This document shows positions 15,255 to 22,409 of a DNA stretch of 32,000 nt, piece by piece. The notes below the pieces were generated by a model. It saw only the letters and a list, made by a program, of their open reading frames with translations, was not told the origin of the DNA and ran no database searches. The position numbers and the translations under genes were made by a program. This DNA is from Candidatus Saccharimonadota bacterium. Its GTDB lineage: Bacteria; Patescibacteriota; Saccharimonadia; Saccharimonadales; Saccharimonadaceae. The stretch spans positions 660,001 to 692,000 of the forward strand of contig JBAQRV010000001.1 of the NCBI GenBank assembly GCA_049296095.1. Direction: 5' to 3'. Numbering within the stretch: the stretch's first letter is position 1; every line of letters starts with the position of its first letter.

Positions 15255-17386
15255 TCTTCGACATACTTCCTCTTATAGCGGGTCTTTTTTGCTTAGCGTT
15301 GGGGGTCGTTGTTCTCGTTAGTGGAACAGACAGTAAGGGCAGTAAATGGCCATTCGTATTATTTGCATGTAGTGTTGGTTTGTGGGCGGTCTTTGTGGGC
15401 TTATTTAGTTTGGTTGCCAACCAAACACTCGCTACAATATTCGTCGCCGTTTACTATATTGCTGCACTGGCAATTGCATACAACTTCTTGGTATTTAGTT
15501 TCTCGTTTGTGCATAAGCCTCTGAGAAAGAGTATATCAATTATTGCTTTATTGCCGTGGATTGCTATGAGTGTCTTGATTGTTATGCCCAATTTCTTCAT
15601 TGGTACAGTTAATGGAGCGACGAGTGACGTTAGTTTAGTACTTCCAACCTATATCGTCTATAGCGCCTTGTTTAGCTCATACGTTTTAATAGGATTGGGC
15701 TACATGACGCTACGTGCTTTTCGTTCGCATCGCCACAACCATCTAAGGGCATTGATAATTTCACTAGCGATCTGTTTAGCAGGGGGTGCGTACTTCAATC
15801 TTATTCTTCCACTCTTTGGGGATTACCAATGGATTGGGTTGGGGCCCCTATTCGCCTTCTTGATGGTCGCGTCAGTATTTTACGCTATCGCCCGTCATGG
15901 TCTGTTTGATATTCGCCAGGCGGTCGTTCGGACAGTTGCCTATGGACTGTCACTCATTACACTTGCTGGAGTATATCTTCTCGTTGCTTTCATCATCTTT
16001 AATGTTTTGCTTGGGCAAACTGCAACAGTTGGGCAAACATTCTTGAATATAGTATTAACACTGACACTTGCATTCATCTTTCAGCCTATTAAGAAATTTT
16101 TTGACCGTGTCACAAACAGACTCTTCTACAAGGATGTTTATAATATTGATGATTTTTACGCCAAACTTAACACGATATTGTCAGAAACAACTGACTTACG
16201 AAAATTACTGAAACGCACATCCGAGATGATAGCCGACATGCTCAAGAGCGAACAGGTATTCATATTTGTCTACGTTGGTGACAAGGGGTCGCTGTCCGAT
16301 GGCACTAATAATCACACAAAGCTTCCATATCGAGATGCGCGCGAACTTGATCACTACGGCGGTTTAATACAAGCTTCAGCTCATGAATTGCCGATTAATC
16401 TACGGCGTCTGTTGAAGAGCCACAAGCTTGCCATGGTTATGCCCATCGTGAGAGAGGACGGCGCATTAGGGTTGTTATGTTTAGGTGAGCATCTCACCTC
16501 AAAGTATACAAGTCGCGATCGAAGGGTCCTTCGTACAATTTCAGACGAATTAGGTATTGCGATTCAAAATGCTCTTTCGGTTCAGGAAATTAAGAATCTC
16601 AACTCGAGCCTCGAACAGCGCATTAATAGTGCCACTCGTGAACTGCGTGCGAGTAATGCCCAGCTTCAACGTCTCGACGAAGCAAAAGATGAGTTTATTA
16701 GCATGGCTAGTCACCAATTAAGGACTCCTTTAACAAGTATTAAAGGATATATTAGTATGCTGATGGAGGGTGATGTCGGAAAGGTGTCGCCTGACCAAAA
16801 ACACCTTCTTCAAGAAGCTTTTGTCAGTAGTGAGCGAATGGTCCGTCTGATTGGTGATTTCTTGAATGTGTCTCGTTTGCAGACAGGGAAGTTTATTATC
16901 GACAAGCAACCTGTTGATCTCGCGAAGCTCGTCGCTAGGGAGCTTGAAGCACTCGAACCAAATGCGAGTGCGCGCGAGCTAAAGTTTACCTATAAACAAC
17001 CAAAGAATTTCCCGAAGCTGAACCTTGATGAGAATAAAATCCAGCAAGTGATAATGAACTTTGCCGATAATGCCATTTATTACTCGAAAGAGAAGTCAAC
17101 GATTAAGGTTTCATTGTCGGTAGTTGCAAGTCGCGTCGAGTTTACCGTTAAAGATACGGGAATTGGTGTTCCAATTGCTGAACAAGCTCAATTATTTAAT
17201 AAATTCTTTAGAGCAACCAATGCTCGTAAGCAACGACCAGATGGAACGGGTGTGGGGCTATTTCTTGCCAAGAAGGTGATTGATGCTCACGATGGAAAGA
17301 TTATTTTCTCATCCAAAGAAAATAAAGGAAGTACTTTCGGGTTTAGTCTGCCGATAGCAAAACTACGCGTTCGCGATACGAATTAG
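15251..17386 (+). CDS. Sensor histidine kinase: N-terminal multi-pass (about 7 TM) domain, GAF-like domain, HisKA and HATPase_c
   Basis: About 270 aa of hydrophobic helices. GAF-like segment ending GALGLLCLGE ... RDRRVLRTISDELGIAIQNA. H-box FISMASHQLRTPLTSIKGY, N box NFADNAIYYS, G boxes DTGIGV and GTGVGL. Confidence 0.9.
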   Translation: MIFDILPLIAGLFCLALGVVVLVSGTDSKGSKWPFVLFACSVGLWAVFVGLFSLVANQTLATIFVAVYYIAALAIAYNFLVFSFSFVHKPLRKSISIIALLPWIAMSVLIVMPNFFIGTVNGATSDVSLVLPTYIVYSALFSSYVLIGLGYMTLRAFRSHRHNHLRALIISLAICLAGGAYFNLILPLFGDYQWIGLGPLFAFLMVASVFYAIARHGLFDIRQAVVRTVAYGLSLITLAGVYLLVAFIIFNVLLGQTATVGQTFLNIVLTLTLAFIFQPIKKFFDRVTNRLFYKDVYNIDDFYAKLNTILSETTDLRKLLKRTSEMIADMLKSEQVFIFVYVGDKGSLSDGTNNHTKLPYRDARELDHYGGLIQASAHELPINLRRLLKSHKLAMVMPIVREDGALGLLCLGEHLTSKYTSRDRRVLRTISDELGIAIQNALSVQEIKNLNSSLEQRINSATRELRASNAQLQRLDEAKDEFISMASHQLRTPLTSIKGYISMLMEGDVGKVSPDQKHLLQEAFVSSERMVRLIGDFLNVSRLQTGKFIIDKQPVDLAKLVARELEALEPNASARELKFTYKQPKNFPKLNLDENKIQQVIMNFADNAIYYSKEKSTIKVSLSVVASRVEFTVKDTGIGVPIAEQAQLFNKFFRATNARKQRPDGTGVGLFLAKKVIDAHDGKIIFSSKENKGSTFGFSLPIAKLRVRDTN

Positions 17387-17584
17387 CTCAAAAATCAGAA
17401 TCAGGACAACTGCGACGATAGCGGTTGTAATGAGTACGGGTCGAGCGATACGCTTGTGATCAAACCACCACTGCCCTATTCGTGAGCGATTGACTGCAGT
17501 GATCTTTGTGACGGTCGGTCGAACAATGGCTGCGTCAGCACCTTGATAGACTTTGTTGCGTTTTTTCTTCTGCTTGTTTGCCAT
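17363..17584 (-). CDS. Small basic N-terminus / C-terminal TM hypothetical protein
   Basis: MANKQKKKRNK ... a single TM segment PVLITTAIVAVVLILIFELI. There is a 24-nt convergent overlap with the kinase. No family recognised. Confidence 0.45.
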   Translation of the reverse strand: MANKQKKKRNKVYQGADAAIVRPTVTKITAVNRSRIGQWWFDHKRIARPVLITTAIVAVVLILIFELIRIANA

Positions 17585-17609
17585 ATTGGTTTTTATTATA
17601 GCAAAAAAA

Positions 17610-17638
17610 GTAACCCCCGTTTTAAGGCGGGGGTTACT
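17610..17638 (-). terminator. Rho-independent terminator of the LPXTG-protein gene
   Basis: GTAACCCCCG-ttttaagg-CGGGGGTTAC is a 10-bp stem. On the minus strand it is followed by a T7 run (plus-strand aaaaaaa at 17603-17609). Confidence 0.75.
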
Positions 17639-17681
17639 CGTCTGAATCGCTTCAGTAGTGTGAGGAGCGGTCAGACTCTTG

Positions 17682-19016
17682 TTATTGGTTCAATGCACGA
17701 CGGCTAGCGATGTAGTAAGCAAGGCTTGCAATCAGGGCACCAAGGCCAACAATGGCAACAATGTTTTCGGTTGTACCTGTTTTTGGAAGTTCAGGTGGAG
17801 TATCGGCACACTTAGACAAGTCTTTAGTGTACTTGTTACTGTCGAAATCTTTTTCGTCGATCGTAACGATCTTCTTAGTAGAGAGTTCACAGACAGTGAT
17901 TTTTCCAGGCTGACATTCTTTATTAACCTTAACGTCAGCTGATGCCTCTTTTGTTCCAGTGCTAGTAATAACATTCGCAACGTTATGGAGAGTGTTCACT
18001 CCACAAGTAGGAAGAGTTGCGTTATCGGCAACCTTGGCGCTGAACTTAACGTAAGCGTTTGAAGTTGGACCGTATGATCCGATATTTAAACCAGCCGCTG
18101 TAACGCCATCACTTGCAGCCTTGTAACCACCGCCAGTAAAGGCGCTTGCTACGAGCGTGCTTCCAGGAACGTAACTTACGTTTGCAGGAAGGGTGTCCTT
18201 CACTGTCACGTTGTCTTGCTGAGTTGTGCCCTTGTTAGTGTAGATAACTCGGTAAAGAATCGTACTACCAGGGGTTGTTTGAGCATTAGTTGACCATGTT
18301 TTACCACCGTCAACACTCACTTGCTTCTCGACTGAGAAATCAGGCTTATCGACAACAAATTCGTAGATAACATATCCAGCAAATTGGTTACAACCAGGAA
18401 GTGAGCCATTTAGGCTGTCATATCCCAGCGGGGTTCCAGACGTGAGGAAGCTATCAGGAAGTGTGGCACCATTAACAGCACCATTACTTGTGACTTTTGC
18501 TGATGCAGGAACATATCGCAAGTACAGCTTGTCACCAGTTTCGTTCTTCATGTTTGCGCTGTCCCATACAGATGTAGGGTTAGCGTTAGATGAGTTGATG
18601 AAACCACTAACAAGTGATGTTGTGTTAGCTGTAACTTCTCCGGGCATCTGCATACGTAGGGTAACGTCTTTTGCAATGCCAGCACCACTTGCATTTAAGC
18701 TAGTGGCTGCGTTGTTGTGGTAATAAACCATAACTTGGTACGTTTTGCCCGCTTGGAGCGAAACGTTCTCGTCGTAGTCAGCTTGTGTGCCCTTTTCACG
18801 AACACGTACAAAGTTTCGCTCATCGCCAACACTTGGGTTGTCGGTGATCGAGTTAAATGTAACGTAAGGGGCAGGGTTTGCGAACGTAAATGTTGCGCGG
18901 TCTACCGGACCATAAGCGAAGACGGCTACTGGAACAATAATTGCTGCTGCAATCATTGCGACAACTGCTGTTACGCGTTTTGGAGCACGGCGGATGAGTG
19001 AGAGTAATTTACTCAT
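17682..19016 (-). CDS. LPXTG-anchored cell-surface protein with a DUF11-type repeat
   Basis: N-terminal signal/TM (VTAVVAMIAAAIIVPVAVFA). C-terminal sorting signal LPKTG, then a hydrophobic stretch and RRALNQ. The DUF11-like block is STILYRVIYTNKGTTQQDNVTVKDTLPANVSYVPGST. Confidence 0.85.
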   Translation of the reverse strand: MSKLLSLIRRAPKRVTAVVAMIAAAIIVPVAVFAYGPVDRATFTFANPAPYVTFNSITDNPSVGDERNFVRVREKGTQADYDENVSLQAGKTYQVMVYYHNNAATSLNASGAGIAKDVTLRMQMPGEVTANTTSLVSGFINSSNANPTSVWDSANMKNETGDKLYLRYVPASAKVTSNGAVNGATLPDSFLTSGTPLGYDSLNGSLPGCNQFAGYVIYEFVVDKPDFSVEKQVSVDGGKTWSTNAQTTPGSTILYRVIYTNKGTTQQDNVTVKDTLPANVSYVPGSTLVASAFTGGGYKAASDGVTAAGLNIGSYGPTSNAYVKFSAKVADNATLPTCGVNTLHNVANVITSTGTKEASADVKVNKECQPGKITVCELSTKKIVTIDEKDFDSNKYTKDLSKCADTPPELPKTGTTENIVAIVGLGALIASLAYYIASRRALNQ

Positions 19017-19102
19017 TATTGATTCTCCGTTTCTTGATTCATCTCGCAGGATTGAATCAAACTTAATATAAAAATTGAAAACACTGTTACCGGATTGTCA
19101 AT

Positions 19103-19145
19103 GTTACAAATCAGATCATTACAATGTGCACGTTCTTGCCGCACG
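19103..19145. repeat. Left arm of an imperfect ~40-bp inverted repeat (partner at 21387..21427)
   Basis: The left arm gttacaaatcagatcattacaatgtgcacgttcttgccgcacg aligns with the reverse complement of the partner, gttaacaagtcagatcattacagtgcacgttctttagcacg. Identical blocks are tcagatcattaca and gtgcacgttctt. Confidence 0.75.
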
Positions 19146-19240
19146 AGTAAGGGATTACTCCCAAGGAATCTAAGACTATGAGGTGGGCGAACCACCAGAT
19201 AGAAGATAGACTCCTTAGGTCAAAGCTGTAGGCGAGGTTC

Positions 19241-19276
19241 CCAGGGGGCAGCACGACAGGTCGTGTCACCCCCTGG
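19241..19276 (-). terminator. GC-rich hairpin immediately downstream of the 350-aa ORF (terminator-like, no U tract)
   Basis: CCAGGGGG-cag-CACGAC..GTCGTG-tca-CCCCCTGG, starting 9 nt after the stop codon at 19285-19287. Confidence 0.45.
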
Positions 19277-19284
19277 TTCACTCA

Positions 19285-20337
19285 TCAGGCGTCTGGATCC
19301 GCGATCGGTGTAGTCGGCGCCTGTGTAGGTGGCGGCGCGATAACGGGATCAGGCGCGGGAGCGGGAACGGGAACAGGATCGGAGTGTGGCGGGGTTGCCG
19401 GGTTCAAAGGAACCGCGGGTGCCACCGGTGGAGTGTGCTCCGGTGCGTCAATCCCTTTCGGGGCGACGAACGGGGGCTCATCCACACTGTCAATCTGGTT
19501 CTTCGCGTCACAGTTCACCGTACAGGGAGGAGGACCGCAGTTAGTGGTGCACGGGGGCACCTCACTGCAGTTCTCCGTGCACCCAGGCTGGGCCGGAGTT
19601 CCTTCACACTCGAAGACTTCCAACCTCTTGTCCTCGGCGTTGAAACCGATTCGGAAGAGGCAGTTGCCGTTCTTGTCCAGGAGTGTGCGCACCCATGCGG
19701 GCTTGCTCTCCTGTTCGGACGCCAACCTTGCGGTCGGCAGTGTGATAGGTGAGGCATCGGCGGGGACCTCCCAGTTCCTGATCGAGGTGAGCGACTGCTT
19801 ACCCTCGGTCGTGAAGCGGAGCAGGACGGCGTTGAGCCATCCAGCGTACTTCTGGAACTGAGGAGTGACGATCAACACGTCGTTCTCGGTCTTCTCGACG
19901 AACGAGTCGAGACCGTTGGTGTTGATGTCATCCAGAATGACCTGGATCCACGCCTTGTTGCCTTCTGCGCCCTTGACGGTCCACAGCATCATGTCGTCGG
20001 CGATCATACGGAGGAACGTGGGGTTACCACAGACCTCCATCGTGACCTCCTTGTTCACAGCTTCGTCGTCGGACCCCGCGACGGGGATCGAGACTGCTGT
20101 TGCGAACTGACGGTACTCCGAATTGCCGACCTTAACGGTCTGCAGGGAGGAGTCGATGAAGTGGTTATCGGTGCACCGCGCGTCGTCGGGAACCAGATCG
20201 GTTTCCGGGTCGAACGCAACAGTGCCGGACGGGGTGTTGCTGGAATCCGTGGCCTGGAAGGCGAACGGCACCAGCAAGATCCCCACAACGACGACTGCAG
20301 CAATGGCTGCCACAATCCCCTTTGCTTTCTTGCTCAT
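19285..20337 (-). CDS. Hypothetical membrane-anchored or secreted protein with a triple CTxNC motif and a Pro-rich C-terminal tail
   Basis: The SD AGGAGG (20348..20343) lies 5 nt before the ATG. N-terminal TM/signal GIVAAIAAVVVVGILLVPFAF. The motifs CTENC..CTTNC..CTVNC fall at aa 253-276, followed by a PVPVPAPAPDPVIAPPPTQAPTTP tail. GC3-rich codons favour this frame over the antisense ORFs. Confidence 0.65.
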   Translation of the reverse strand: MSKKAKGIVAAIAAVVVVGILLVPFAFQATDSSNTPSGTVAFDPETDLVPDDARCTDNHFIDSSLQTVKVGNSEYRQFATAVSIPVAGSDDEAVNKEVTMEVCGNPTFLRMIADDMMLWTVKGAEGNKAWIQVILDDINTNGLDSFVEKTENDVLIVTPQFQKYAGWLNAVLLRFTTEGKQSLTSIRNWEVPADASPITLPTARLASEQESKPAWVRTLLDKNGNCLFRIGFNAEDKRLEVFECEGTPAQPGCTENCSEVPPCTTNCGPPPCTVNCDAKNQIDSVDEPPFVAPKGIDAPEHTPPVAPAVPLNPATPPHSDPVPVPAPAPDPVIAPPPTQAPTTPIADPDA

Positions 20338-20464
20338 TTTGACCTCCTAGGCCAATCGGTCCCTAATTCTTAAAGCCCCAGGGAAAGGATGGGCTAGCGA
20401 GCGAGGCGGTATGAGCCGCCACAAGACAAATCTTGTAGAGTCAAAACTCTTCGCCCTGTCCGCA

Positions 20465-21163
20465 TTACGCTACGGGCACAGCGGCTGGCGGTGCCGGCGG
20501 GTTGGGCTGAGCTACCTCGTCCTCCGGGGAGGTGAAGTAGCCACTCAGGAAGAACCCGAGTGCCGGCCAGCCGACCCAGTGAAGGATCGACAGGATAACT
20601 CCAGCCACGTGCCACTTGGGATCGTGGTTGAAGAACCAGTCCTGCACGAACCACCCCCAAAGGAGGGCGGCGACGAGCAGGGCGAGCACGGTCGCGAAAG
20701 CGATGAGCCATCCCCAGCGATGCCAGTTCCACCGCCTCGGGTTGAAGTTGGTGTACCAGTGGTGAGCCGGCGGCGTCACAACCACAGCCGCCGGAGCGGG
20801 TGCGGGAATGACGACGGTGTCGATGACCGGCTCGGGCACGACCGCTGCGGGTGCAGCGACGGGCTCGGGTTCGGTGATGACCGGCTCGGGAACGACCGCT
20901 GCGGGTGCAGCGACGGGCTCGGTGGAAGGAGGGGCAACGGGCAGGTCAGGATCGATCTGGCTGAGGACTTCCTCTGCTTCGTCGATCCTGTCCTGCAAGC
21001 GTCGCTTTGCCAAGCGCGCGCCGTAGTCGATCTCGGACTGCACTTTGAGTGCATCCTTGATCTCCTTCCTGCGCTTCTTGACTTCCTTCTTGCCTGCGGC
21101 GCTCAAGTCGAGCAGCGCATTAGTGGCGGCATCTGCCTCATCGGCAATATCGATGGTGGACAT
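20465..21163 (-). CDS. Hypothetical protein: charged helical N-terminus, tandem Pro/Ala/Val repeat, Trp-rich C-terminal membrane domain
   Basis: KKEVKKRRKEIKDALKVQSEIDYGARLAKRRLQDRIDEAEE (coiled-coil-like). The unit EPVAAPAAVVPEPVI occurs twice. The C-terminal region contains WNWHRWGWLIAFATVLALLVAALLWGWF and VAGVILSILHWVGWPALGFFLSGYF. GC3-rich codons support this frame. Confidence 0.65.
   Translation of the reverse strand: MSTIDIADEADAATNALLDLSAAGKKEVKKRRKEIKDALKVQSEIDYGARLAKRRLQDRIDEAEEVLSQIDPDLPVAPPSTEPVAAPAAVVPEPVITEPEPVAAPAAVVPEPVIDTVVIPAPAPAAVVVTPPAHHWYTNFNPRRWNWHRWGWLIAFATVLALLVAALLWGWFVQDWFFNHDPKWHVAGVILSILHWVGWPALGFFLSGYFTSPEDEVAQPNPPAPPAAVPVA
20822..20922. repeat. Tandem direct repeat: two 47-nt copies at a 54-nt period with 1 mismatch, inside the 232-aa ORF
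   Basis: Copies at 20822-20868 and 20876-20922 read gatgaccggctcggg(c/a)acgaccgctgcgggtgcagcgacgggctcgg. The period equals 18 codons, so the repeat is in frame. Confidence 0.9.
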
Positions 21164-21386
21164 AGTATCCCTTTCCTATTTCGTGTGTCGAGTTGGGGAT
21201 GACCCCGAATCAATAAAGATTGGGGAGGACCCCCAGCTGCGTGACACTAGGTCAGGTGCAGCGTGTCAATTAACCATATAAATGATTAACTGGCGCGCCA
21301 CACCTGAAAGAAAGGTACTGTCTGGTATACTTGCGTATACCTATAGCTTTGTTATCAGTGCGTCTTAAAGCATGAATATAAATAGA

Positions 21387-21427
21387 CGTGCTAAAGAACG
21401 TGCACTGTAATGATCTGACTTGTTAAC
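21387..21427. repeat. Right arm of the inverted repeat paired with 19103..19145
   Basis: The sequence cgtgctaaagaacgtgcactgtaatgatctgacttgttaac is the reverse complement match of the left arm. Confidence 0.75.
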
Positions 21428-21614
21428 GACCTCTCCACGTCCATGAGCCTCACGCCCACTGGTGAATGATGTTCTTAATCTATCATATTAATGCTAAATT
21501 GTCAATAACGTAAGCAATAATATGACATAAAGCACAAGCATTATTGATTACCATTCTCGACAGACGCTATATGTAGCGGTGATTCCAGATATGAAACACT
21601 ATATATAATACTAT

Positions 21615-21643
21615 TTGACAAGGGTTGTCAAGGAGAGTATATT
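21615..21643 (+). promoter_or_regulatory. Near-consensus sigma70-type promoter TTGACA-17 nt-TATATT with an embedded palindromic operator TTGACAA-ggg-TTGTCAA
   Basis: -35 TTGACA at 21615-21620, a 17-nt spacer, and -10 TATATT at 21638-21643. The perfect 7-3-7 palindrome spans 21615-21631. It lies about 85 nt upstream of ATG 21730, which has a GGGAG SD. Confidence 0.55.
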
Positions 21644-21729
21644 GCCATGTTATGTGCAGAATCAGCGCCCGCTGGTTGCTTGGATCTCATGATTTGAGTT
21701 TAGTGCACTGTGCAAAATAAGGGAGTCGC

Positions 21730-22065
21730 ATGACTATTGCATCACCCGAGTCCATCACTCGGCCCATCGACGAGATGGTGACGGAGGGTTTCAGAGAGAC
21801 CTGTGACAAAGTGATTGCTAACGGTGGACTCGTTCACCAGATGCAAGATAGGCTGTTCCAGCTCTGCGAAATCTCCCAACGCCAGTACGACATCGAGATG
21901 GTGAGGGACCTGATGGTCTACCTGGTGATAATTAAGGGGGTGTTTATCGGTGCCGTTGTACGAGAAATCCGTCTTCACGACGTTATATTCTCGGACCTCG
22001 TCGCGAAGGAAGCTGCTCAGCGGAAGGCTGTAGTGGCTGACGGTGACAAGGTCGCAGCGGCATGA
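21730..22065 (+). CDS. Hypothetical small protein (111 aa), first gene of an ATGA-coupled small-ORF operon
   Basis: SD GGGAG at 21721-21725, elevated GC, and a stop that overlaps the next start (ATGA at 22062-22065). No family recognised. Confidence 0.55.
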   Translation: MTIASPESITRPIDEMVTEGFRETCDKVIANGGLVHQMQDRLFQLCEISQRQYDIEMVRDLMVYLVIIKGVFIGAVVREIRLHDVIFSDLVAKEAAQRKAVVADGDKVAAA

Positions 22066-22409
22066 CCGTCGTCGACATTCGAATCCCTTGGGATTCTAAG
22101 GTGTACGTTGTGCCGGCTGTAACGGTAGAGGTTATCAATAAACACTTGGCGAACGGTACGGTATTCTCGGGAGAGATAGCCCGGGCCGTAGATGCCGAGC
22201 TGGTTGCCTCAACAGCGAAAGTTAAAAATGGCGCATACCTACTCGGTCAGGTACGAAGAGGGCTGTACATCTACGCTGTGTTCGAAGGGGGCTTAAGAGC
22301 GCCAGAGCTGACGTGGCTCGCTCGACAGCTAGACGGTAATGCAGTCAGGGTCATCTGTCATGACGCGGCACGTCGCCGCCAAAGGATGCGGATGGGGTTG
22401 GCTGTATGA
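22062..22409 (+). CDS. Hypothetical small protein (115 aa), second gene of the coupled operon
   Basis: ATGA overlap at both ends, and an Arg-rich C-terminus AARRRQRMRMGLAV. No family recognised. Confidence 0.55.
   Translation: MTVVDIRIPWDSKVYVVPAVTVEVINKHLANGTVFSGEIARAVDAELVASTAKVKNGAYLLGQVRRGLYIYAVFEGGLRAPELTWLARQLDGNAVRVICHDAARRRQRMRMGLAV

Noticed and set aside
20822-20922. Tandem repeats inside the island, considered as a possible CRISPR or minisatellite array.
   Set aside because: There are only two copies. They are in frame within a coding region and have no spacer or repeat architecture. This is a coding tandem duplication.
19384-21202. Long ORFs antisense to or overlapping the island genes: 19384..19752 +, 19433..19861 +, 19515..19757 -, 20055..20315 -, 20123..20350 +, 20394..20732 -, 20411..21202 + (263 aa), 20776..21054 -, 20808..21026 +.
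   Set aside because: High-GC DNA produces long stop-free shadow frames. The chosen minus-strand frames have G/C-rich third positions, plausible SDs and coherent protein features (signal/TM, coiled coil, repeats). The alternatives translate to Arg/Gly/Pro-rich low-information sequence.
21647-21697. A 16-codon mini-ORF (MLCAESAPAGCLDLMI) just downstream of the strong promoter, considered as a leader peptide or attenuator.
   Set aside because: Its ATG would lie at or before the predicted transcription start (about 21650). It has no SD, and no alternative terminator or antiterminator pairing is evident.
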